Assembly: GCA_018985225.1 (NCBI GenBank)
Contig: JADGIF010000168.1
Span: 1-16,226 of the forward strand
Direction: 5' to 3'
Length of the DNA: 16,226 nucleotides
Source of the DNA: Amoeboradix gromovi X-113
Taxonomy: Eukaryota > Fungi > Sanchytriomycota
This document shows, piece after piece, positions 1 through 7,790 of this stretch. Positions within the stretch are counted from its first letter, which is position 1. Every line of letters begins with the position of its first letter. The position numbers and the translations under genes are program-made. Under the pieces are notes generated by a model. It was not told where the DNA came from. It ran no database searches and worked only from the letters and a program-made list of their open reading frames with translations.

Positions 1-139
1 AACTGTTCAGATTGATCTATCAATGGCAGATCCAGGTCTTGATTCAGCGATATGCGTTCTTCTACTCGTTGCAATAAATAGCTTCTTGTTTATTTTATTA
101 CATTTTCTTTAGCCTAGCCTTGCATCATATCCATGTCAT

Positions 140-1831
140 ATGGTGATGGCTGTAAAGATGACGTTAACAGGAGAAACACTTATTTTGGAAATGAAATTGA
201 ATTGCAGCCTTTTATGCTCCTCTTTGATATTACATGATGTGCAAATGAACAGAACTTTCAACGATTCAAAGTATTTTGTTGATCAGCCATCAAATGCTTC
301 AAGTTGTTCTATTAGATCCAAGTATTTAACTAATCAACCTTGGCAGCAACTATTTAAACAACCGGGTTCAGACTTGAACAGACCGTATGTTTCTTATACC
401 AAACAAGGTGAGGACAAATCATTTGATGGCTTTATCAATGATATTGATAACAAGTGGGATTTATTAACTTTGGAGTCTAAACAGAAATGGAGAATTCAAA
501 CTTCAGTCAATATGCCGTTTCCATTCATAATACCTGGTGGTAGATTTAGGGAGATGTATTATTGGGATAACTACTTTATTATCAAGGGGTTACTAGTTAC
601 TTCAAATAAAATACCTAGGCACCTGTTCACAGCTTATGGCATAATTCAAAATTTCATGTACTTAATCAAATCGCATGGTTTCATACCAAACGGCTCACGC
701 TACTATTACCTCAACCGTAGTCAGCCACCTTTATTCACTTGGATGGTCTGGACCTATTACAAAAGCACAAAAAACAATACTTTGCTGTTTGAAGCTTTGC
801 CTTTGATACATCAAGAAATTGAATTCTTTCATTCACAGCGAATGTCAAAAATTGTAAAAAATTACTCAACCTATGATGTGTTTCATTATGATAGTGACAA
901 TACGCTGCCTCGACCAGAATCTTATTTTGAGGATTTTACGTTATTAAATAGCAGTAAATTTAAACAGGAGTCTGAATTATATAGACATATTGGAGCAGCT
1001 GCAGAAAGTGGATGGGACTTTTCATCCAGGTGGTATCATCGTAACTTCAAGGAAATGCAAACTGCAAAAGTGATACCCGTTGATTTAAATTTTATAATGC
1101 TGAAGAACTACAGACTGATAAGTAAAATGATGCGAATAGTCCGAAATGGCAGATTAGCCAGGTACTATGCTGGGTTATACCAAAAGAGATTCAAAGAATA
1201 CCATAAATTGTTTTATAACAACGAAAGCAAGATGTGGTACGATATCCTACCCACGGCAGAACATAATAAACAGTACTATGCGAGTAACTTGACTCCTCTC
1301 TGGACGGTGTTTGATGAAATCAGGAACAAAATAAATCTAACTGAGATGTCACTGTACATATCCAAAGTTAATCAAAAGACCGGTATACCAGTATCTTTAT
1401 TAAAAACAGGTCAGCAATGGGATTATCCTAATGTCTGGCCACCAATGCACTACTTGATAATTCAAGGAGTTATTAAATTTGATATAGTATTAGCAACAAA
1501 ATTAGCTCACGATTTCATTGCCAATGTTTATTGCATATGGAAGAATAATGAAGTGATTTATGAGAAATATAATTGTTGCGAAAGAGAAGCGGGAAGAGGA
1601 GGAGAGTACAAAGTACAAGAAGGGTTTGGCTGGACTAACGGTGTCATAGTTGACTTGGTCGACAAATTTGGGTCCTCGGAATCCTGCCCAATATTTGAGG
1701 ACGAAAAGAGTAATAGCGCAGAAAAGCAAAAAGATCCATATGAGCAGATAAAACCATGGCCTAGGATTTTGATGATATTTGGAGAATCCATATTACTATG
1801 TGGGGTACTGATGTTATTTAAAAAGCGCTAA
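140..1831 (+). CDS. TREH: alpha,alpha-trehalase, glycoside hydrolase family 37, with C-terminal hydrophobic (TM/GPI-like) anchor; true start uncertain (possibly ATG 23 via a short intron)
   Basis: GH37 motifs DSKYFVD, PGGRFREMYYWDNY, GFIPNGSRYYYLNRSQPP, PRPESY, AAESGWDFSSRW, QQWDYPNVWPP, EKY, GGEY..QEGFGWTNG; hydrophobic tail ILMIFGESILLCGVLMLF followed by KKR. Confidence 0.95.
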   Translation: MVMAVKMTLTGETLILEMKLNCSLLCSSLILHDVQMNRTFNDSKYFVDQPSNASSCSIRSKYLTNQPWQQLFKQPGSDLNRPYVSYTKQGEDKSFDGFINDIDNKWDLLTLESKQKWRIQTSVNMPFPFIIPGGRFREMYYWDNYFIIKGLLVTSNKIPRHLFTAYGIIQNFMYLIKSHGFIPNGSRYYYLNRSQPPLFTWMVWTYYKSTKNNTLLFEALPLIHQEIEFFHSQRMSKIVKNYSTYDVFHYDSDNTLPRPESYFEDFTLLNSSKFKQESELYRHIGAAAESGWDFSSRWYHRNFKEMQTAKVIPVDLNFIMLKNYRLISKMMRIVRNGRLARYYAGLYQKRFKEYHKLFYNNESKMWYDILPTAEHNKQYYASNLTPLWTVFDEIRNKINLTEMSLYISKVNQKTGIPVSLLKTGQQWDYPNVWPPMHYLIIQGVIKFDIVLATKLAHDFIANVYCIWKNNEVIYEKYNCCEREAGRGGEYKVQEGFGWTNGVIVDLVDKFGSSESCPIFEDEKSNSAEKQKDPYEQIKPWPRILMIFGESILLCGVLMLFKKR

Positions 1832-1942
1832 TAAATTGTATAGACATAAAAACAGGATAGTTATCCATTATATACTGCTATTGCCTCTCATATTCCCTTG
1901 CTAAAATAGTTTAGACCAAGTAACACTATAACGTTAATATGT

Positions 1943-2866
1943 TTATTGTTGAGCAGCTTCTGCACATGGGTTTCCATCGAAATCTGATAGTTTTACATAT
2001 CCACTTGGTAAGCTAAGTCTAAACGTTCCTTTTCCATTCACATGCACATCCGTCATGTTCAAAGATCTAAGCTCTGAAACGCTCTCATGCTTTCCAGTAT
2101 CATCCTTGATAGGGAAGTTGAAAGCATTTGGCTTTCCATCAGTTGGTGTTGTGGGCGAGTTGCTACTCGAATGCCATCTTGGTATAGATTTTTTCATTGG
2201 TTTGTAAGAATATAAAATGACGTAGATGACTCCACCTAGCGCCACAATTCCAAACAATGCTACTAATGTTAATCCTAATATCTCCATTTGGGATATTTCT
2301 CTAAAGGAAGGATATTGAGGTGCAGTACCAGAAGTTGAAGCATCTTTGCTGCTACACAAACAGTCGCCTTTTCTCATAAAATTAAATACACCAGGAACTG
2401 ATGATACCAGTGTTTTAAGATACATCATGCATCCCATCTTAAACGGACCTTTGTGTATAGAATAGCCTTGGCAGCTTTTCAGTGAACTGCAGAGCTCGCT
2501 GCACTGGTTTTCATCTTTGACTAATTTATACGCTGAATTATCACCTCCTAGATTAATTGCTTTAGAGTATTTGCATTCTAAACAATTTTCGTTGTTACTG
2601 AGCGTGCAATTAGAATCTGAAAGATTTCTTAATTTTGTCGTAACACTTGATATATCGACTATAGCACTTATTTCATTCCATAATGTACAAGATTGGGCAT
2701 TTAAAGAGGTGTAAGTTACTGCAGTACAATTTGACATGTTTTGGCAGGTAGATTCACATAGTTGAGTGCTTCCATTGACTGTCATAAACCATTTACCGTT
2801 AATTGCCTTATTAGGTAGTGTGTCAAAACAGCTAGTTGCCATTGACTGAAAAAACAAAGAAAACAT
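1943..2866 (-). CDS. single-pass membrane protein with two PAN/Apple-like Cys-rich extracellular domains
   Basis: Two C-x3-C-x5-C-x2-hydrophobic-x-Y/aromatic...C patterns (CESTCQNMSNCTAVTY...CTLW; CSELCSSLKSCQGYSI...CMMY); TM helix ILGLTLVALFGIVALGGVIYVILY followed by basic residues; Ser/Pro-rich tail; short hydrophobic N-terminus. Confidence 0.75.
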   Translation of the reverse strand: MFSLFFQSMATSCFDTLPNKAINGKWFMTVNGSTQLCESTCQNMSNCTAVTYTSLNAQSCTLWNEISAIVDISSVTTKLRNLSDSNCTLSNNENCLECKYSKAINLGGDNSAYKLVKDENQCSELCSSLKSCQGYSIHKGPFKMGCMMYLKTLVSSVPGVFNFMRKGDCLCSSKDASTSGTAPQYPSFREISQMEILGLTLVALFGIVALGGVIYVILYSYKPMKKSIPRWHSSSNSPTTPTDGKPNAFNFPIKDDTGKHESVSELRSLNMTDVHVNGKGTFRLSLPSGYVKLSDFDGNPCAEAAQQ

Positions 2867-3096
2867 TTGGATACGTACCTGACAACCAATATTTGATTAC
2901 ATAAAAAGACGTCTTGCATGATACCATCGACGCAGGTTTGTGATAATCTCCTGACTTCTAACCTAAAAAAGATACCGTGACCCATAATGCTTGCACTCCC
3001 TCTCCACAAGCCGTCTAATTCAAGATAGATAACAGAAGCTGAATAATCAAAATTAGAGTAAATTTATTTTTGAGACCTAGTTTTACAATTTAGCAG

Positions 3097-3342
3097 ATGT
3101 CAAGTGGGTATCAAGGAACAGAAGCCGATTTTCATGGACAGATACTAGCAGACAAGATATTGAAAAGAGGTTTATGGGTAGCATTAGCTATATCAGTCAC
3201 AGTTGGGTACGTATTTAAAGATATGGAGACGGCAGTTGTAATTTATAGTATTGGATTAATAGCCGTATTCTTAGCACTGGTTCCACCAATGCCCTATTTC
3301 AGAAAAAATCCTGTCACATGGAAAAAAGACAAGACTTTATAA
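3097..3342 (+). CDS. SPCS1: microsomal signal peptidase complex subunit 1 (SPC12 family)
   Basis: DFHGQILAD (DF.GQ.LA signature), two TM helices, then LVPPMPYFRKNPVTW (VPPWP.Y.R.P..W signature); 81 aa is typical. Confidence 0.9.
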   Translation: MSSGYQGTEADFHGQILADKILKRGLWVALAISVTVGYVFKDMETAVVIYSIGLIAVFLALVPPMPYFRKNPVTWKKDKTL

Positions 3343-3444
3343 ATAATAAACTTGATTAAGTCTTAATTAAAAATATTTATTTTGATTGGATGTTTTTTTA
3401 ATATTACTTTTATAAGTACTGGCATGATCAGGCTGATCTTTAAT

Positions 3445-4407
3445 ATGACAAACTGCGAGTGGGAAAATTGTAATGAAATCGGGTTCGATTCTAAAGATCT
3501 TTATGATCATATACAGAGCACCCACGTGGGGTACAAAAGACACGGTACGTTGACCAATTTATGCAAATGGACAGGTTGCAGTTTTACTACTGAAAGAAGA
3601 GACAGAATGAGGTCCCACATATTGTGCCATATAAGCACCAAGTTGTATGAGTGTGACACATGTACAAAAGCCTATAAGTGGAAACATGACTTATATTCTC
3701 ATCAAAGAAAATTTCATGGAAAGGAGAAGATGAAAAAACCTACAAGTAAAATAAGAAAGAAATCTTTAAAAAATGTTAACCTAGATTTTGGAATGAGAGG
3801 CATTCTTTCCATCGAAAAGGAAGAAAAAAGATCTGCGGTCAACATGAAATTAAAAATGCTAAACATTCAAGATGACTGCAATCCAGAACATTTCAACTTG
3901 GAAAGTTCCATTTCCCCAAGTACAACTGAGTACTCTACACCCTCTTTGAGTCCTCATCACGAATATCCTAGACGACACTCAATGCACAGCTATGGTTGTG
4001 ATTACAATCAACTTTCCCCGACTTCGGATATAGCTCGCCGCCTCTCTGATGTACCACAACTACTTCAAATGGCTGTTCCTGGTGGAGAGCCATGTGTAAA
4101 TAATGAGTTAAACCAAGAGCAATATTTAAATCCTGATCCAATGCATAGTTTTCCGCCTTCAATGCATTCAATTTCTCCCTTAGCTCATGAAACTGTTGGA
4201 TACGCAAACCAAGGTCAGGGCCCAATTGTTGATATTATCTATGTAGTTCCTCCAATAGACCAGTGTACGTACCCGTACTCCAATACTGTATGCTCCACAA
4301 CTGAAGTGCAAACTGGTGCTGATACACAAATGATTGATTCCGCTTGTACATTTGACCCGATTCAACAAGGATATCCTCGGTTTAACCATGGAATTCAACA
4401 CAAATAA
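3445..4407 (+). CDS. C2H2 zinc-finger transcription factor, PacC/Rim101-like
   Basis: Three fingers: CEWENC..LYDHIQSTHVG, CKWTGC..RRDRMRSHILCH, CDTCTKAYKWKHDLYSHQRKFH. Tandem C-x-W-x-x-C fingers and the HVG.K linker match PacC. Basic NLS-like stretch and Ser/Pro-rich C-terminal region. ATG 3445 (or 3424) preferred over TTG 3382. Confidence 0.8.
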   Translation: MTNCEWENCNEIGFDSKDLYDHIQSTHVGYKRHGTLTNLCKWTGCSFTTERRDRMRSHILCHISTKLYECDTCTKAYKWKHDLYSHQRKFHGKEKMKKPTSKIRKKSLKNVNLDFGMRGILSIEKEEKRSAVNMKLKMLNIQDDCNPEHFNLESSISPSTTEYSTPSLSPHHEYPRRHSMHSYGCDYNQLSPTSDIARRLSDVPQLLQMAVPGGEPCVNNELNQEQYLNPDPMHSFPPSMHSISPLAHETVGYANQGQGPIVDIIYVVPPIDQCTYPYSNTVCSTTEVQTGADTQMIDSACTFDPIQQGYPRFNHGIQHK

Positions 4408-4464
4408 ATAAACTTATCTTTTACTTGATATCACTCTTGCAATCCACAAATTTCTTCTAAGGCC

Positions 4465-5475
4465 ATGGAAGAAAATCCTAGCCAACATGTTCTAAAACTC
4501 CAGAAATTAGAGTTTGAGAGAAAGCAAAGAATATTAGGCAACCCTAAATACCTTATAAGCATAGATAAAGAAGGTTTGGACTCGCAAATGAAATTCAAAC
4601 GAGAAAAGTTTGAACAAGAGGAGAACCTAGAAAAGCAGTACAATTTGTTGCTTTTAGAAACAGAAAACAAACTTGCAGAGCTCCAAAAGTCTCAATCGCA
4701 AGCCAGCAGAGAGAGGACAATGGAGTTTAAAAAGTATAGACCAAATAAAGCTGTCGCCCAACTTAAACCAGAAAGTATTGGAGTATCATCATGTCAAATT
4801 AGCGATGATCCCCATTCTCTGGAAACAGAAAGAAGAAAGAAAAACGAAATTTCGAAATGGTTGAATGAAGTGTCTTTGGAACGAAAGAAGTTAGACTTGC
4901 TTCATGCAAACTGGTCATCATTGAAAGATTCTGAATCTATCCAAAATGACAAGTTCCTGTGTCAACAGCAGGATACTGTTAATGCAAACAAGAGAATCGT
5001 TAGTTCGAATGTGGCTTCTTATAATTTTATTCTGGCCAGTACGATTAATGCAAAAAAAATGAGGCAACGTCAAAAATCACTTGCTGACACATTGAATGAA
5101 ATTAACTACCTTGTCAACAGCTCCTTATTAAATGAGTGCAAATCAGTTGCTATGGCCACCAATGGAAAAGCTATGCAACAAGACAATTTTAAAGGATATG
5201 ATGATCAATCCAAACTGAAAGTCGTGCACGATCTGAAACAACAAATCCATGACAAGAAGCAAATGAGAGAGATTTGCAAAGTGGACCAGCTGTTGGCAGA
5301 TGAACAGTCTCTGTGTGATTCAACTAAGCACCAAGATATAATCAAGCAGGTACAGCGTATTAAATACCGTGAAAGGAGAGATATTCAGCAGCATAATCAG
5401 AGTATTAAACCGACGAGTTCTTTCGCAGTGGAATCTGATTTTTTTGACAGGTCTTTTGGTAAATCATCCCGCTAA
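4465..5475 (+). CDS. RIBC: RIB43A-family ciliary/flagellar microtubule inner protein (coiled coil)
   Basis: N-terminal ERKQRILGNPKYLISIDKEGLDSQMKFK (RIB43A R..RIF....R.IG.D...L..Q...K), GVSSCQ, NFKGY and C-terminal FFDRSFGKSSR resemble conserved RIB43A blocks. Confidence 0.82.
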   Translation: MEENPSQHVLKLQKLEFERKQRILGNPKYLISIDKEGLDSQMKFKREKFEQEENLEKQYNLLLLETENKLAELQKSQSQASRERTMEFKKYRPNKAVAQLKPESIGVSSCQISDDPHSLETERRKKNEISKWLNEVSLERKKLDLLHANWSSLKDSESIQNDKFLCQQQDTVNANKRIVSSNVASYNFILASTINAKKMRQRQKSLADTLNEINYLVNSSLLNECKSVAMATNGKAMQQDNFKGYDDQSKLKVVHDLKQQIHDKKQMREICKVDQLLADEQSLCDSTKHQDIIKQVQRIKYRERRDIQQHNQSIKPTSSFAVESDFFDRSFGKSSR

Positions 5476-5509
5476 TAAATACGTAATACGTTTATAAATC
5501 TTATTTATT
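5474..5509. terminator. convergent stop-overlapping polyadenylation signals (RIB43A and AIF-like genes)
   Basis: AATAAA at 5474-5479 (+) overlaps TAA 5473-5475; AATAAA on the minus strand at 5504-5509 overlaps stop 5505-5507; stops are 29 bp apart. Confidence 0.7.
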
Positions 5510-7229
5510 TCTCTTTCAATAACCAACTTATACTATATGCTATTCCAAACACCGCAAAAGCACCGGCTAACCTGTATGCTCTATTTGGAACGCCATTAAC
5601 TCCGACTGCATTAATACAATACATACCTTTTGGTAGTTCTAGTATATCCACTTTTTCTAGCACATTCAAGTTAGGCATTTTGTTGCTTCTGAACAGCTCG
5701 CTTGCATGGCTAACAACCGGGTCCCACATCAATGAAGCCACAGCACCCACTTTTCCATCCTGATCTGCATAAAATGCTCTAAACTTTAGACTGCTCGGAT
5801 CTTCAGATTTGTTGATAATTTCATTAATGTTACCTTGGACTAGTGTCTTGACAGGTTTAGCATGTCCACAGTATCTTAAAGACTTACCAAATTGCACAGT
5901 CCAAAAGTAAGGAACATTCGAATATGGCTGCAATGCTTCGTTGTTGATTAAATGCATAATGTTGTTGGCAATTGTTCTACCGTGATTTTGAGCGACATTC
6001 CAATGTTCAATTCTTGTGGATTCACCATTTACAGGATAAGTAGCAATGTCTCCACCTGCAAACACGTTATTGCTAACCTGCAAGAACTCGTTGGTATTAA
6101 TACTTTTATTTTTGTTAATTGGAAATAACGAATTGTTCTCCAAATAAAGGGTGTTAGGAATAGCACCAACACCGGCAACAACCATGTCGCACTTGATAGA
6201 TTTACCACTTTTCAAGTTGACTGAAGTTATTGTGCTACCGTTAGAGTCAACAGTAGAAATCGTATCGTTTAACTCAAATTTGATATTATTTTTTTCGTGT
6301 AGTAACTGGATAGCCTTGCCTACTTGAGGACCCAGCACTGCCTCTAAGGGAACAGACTCCATACCAACTACTGTGATTTTGTGATTTGTGGAGCTAAAAG
6401 CAGCAGCTACTTCTAAGCCAATGAAGGATGAACCGCAGATAACAATATTCATTTCATCGCCACCAGAAGTCAAATATTTATTAATAGCACTGGCGCAATT
6501 GTATGTTCTAAGTGTAAATGAATTATCAAATCCCTTTAAAAACGGTAGTTCGCGAGCATAACTACCACTGGCCAGCACAAGATAGTCAAAGCTAATCATT
6601 GAGTTGTCTTGCACAACCACAGACGATTTATTAACACTGACTACCTTACTATTAATCCATTCGATACCCAAATCAATAAAATGCTGGGCATCTCGTAGTT
6701 GCAATACAGATCGGTCTGGCAATTTAGTACCAATTTTGGACAATTTTGGAGTATCGATTGGAAGTTCAGGAGCTACGACTTTGATATGACCTTTAAAGTC
6801 TTGTTTGCGTAGCTGTTCAGCTGCCACTAAAGCACAAGGACCAAATCCAACAATAACTACGACAGAGTTGTTAAAAATGTTGCTTTTTTTAGGTGCAGGT
6901 TGGGGTTTACTTTCAACGTTAACGTAAATTGTACCATTCTCCAATTTGACAGGATATGACTTTAATGCGTCGAGAGCAGGCGCATCTTCAATATTGCCAT
7001 TCTTTATATCGAAGCAAGCACCATGCCAAGGACACACTACGCGGTCATCCATATACGCACCTTTAACTAGAGGTGCCTTGTAATGTGTGCACAAATGAGA
7101 AGTAGCGTAAAACTTACCGTCTGATGCTTTAGCTAGTAAAATCTTTGTTTCTTTACCATTGCTCTCTACTGTAAATTGTTGTAATTTATCAACGATTTCA
7201 TCAACTTTACACACTACTTGCCAACTCAT
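5505..7229 (-). CDS. apoptosis-inducing-factor-like (AIFM3/Aif1-type) Rieske [2Fe-2S] + FAD/NAD(P)H oxidoreductase with C-terminal TM helix; probable 21-nt in-frame intron at 5606-5626
   Basis: Rieske ligands CTHYKAPL...CPWHGACF; FAD-binding VVIVGFGPCA; NADH-binding ICGSSFIGLEVA; VFAGGDIA, RIEHWNVAQNHG, VPYFWT.QFGKSLRYCG. Confidence 0.93.
   Translation of the reverse strand: MSWQVVCKVDEIVDKLQQFTVESNGKETKILLAKASDGKFYATSHLCTHYKAPLVKGAYMDDRVVCPWHGACFDIKNGNIEDAPALDALKSYPVKLENGTIYVNVESKPQPAPKKSNIFNNSVVVIVGFGPCALVAAEQLRKQDFKGHIKVVAPELPIDTPKLSKIGTKLPDRSVLQLRDAQHFIDLGIEWINSKVVSVNKSSVVVQDNSMISFDYLVLASGSYARELPFLKGFDNSFTLRTYNCASAINKYLTSGGDEMNIVICGSSFIGLEVAAAFSSTNHKITVVGMESVPLEAVLGPQVGKAIQLLHEKNNIKFELNDTISTVDSNGSTITSVNLKSGKSIKCDMVVAGVGAIPNTLYLENNSLFPINKNKSINTNEFLQVSNNVFAGGDIATYPVNGESTRIEHWNVAQNHGRTIANNIMHLINNEALQPYSNVPYFWTVQFGKSLRYCGHAKPVKTLVQGNINEIINKSEDPSSLKFRAFYADQDGKVGAVASLMWDPVVSHASELFRSNKMPNLNVLEKVDILELPKGMYCINAVGVNGVPNRAYRLAGAFAVFGIAYSISWLLKEK
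5606..5626 (-). other. candidate 21-nt spliceosomal intron
   Basis: AAG|GTATGTATTGTATTAATGCAG|TC: canonical fungal donor GTATGT, branch-like ATTAAT, CAG acceptor; in frame and stop-free, located in the linker before the TM tail. Confidence 0.6.
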
Positions 7230-7790
7230 GATGAGGGAATGTTTTATAAAAAATAGATTGAATTTTAAATTGTCACTGATGCAAATGAAAAACGATCGGA
7301 GCTAACAACTGGGTGCAACTCGTTCTATATAGATTATACAAATTCTCAGAGAAAACGTGTGAAAATGGTACAAATACTCTGGTAGAAACGTTATGTATTT
7401 ATTACCTCTGCTTCAAGCAACAACTCGCTGTTGCTAATTCAGTTTGTCCAACTTGGGGTATCTGAAAAAGAAGTACCGAAGCCATAAAATCTCTATAATT
7501 GCAATAAATGATTTATTCAATTATGCCAAACGACTGTTAGTGCAATACTCTTATAGAAGCTTTGCTCTATGGTAGATGCACCTTTTTGTAAAATATTAGA
7601 CATCTAATAGCTTATTGTCTCCTTTCTTCTTGTCATCCCATTTTACCCAAGTCCATTTTTATAGAGCTTGTCTTGGATGTCTCATCGTATATAGGAGACA
7701 CATAGTATACAACACAATTGATTCCGGTGAGAATGAGTCATTGGTGTTCTTTATATACAAAGATCAATTGGAACTAAAGCATTTACTATC

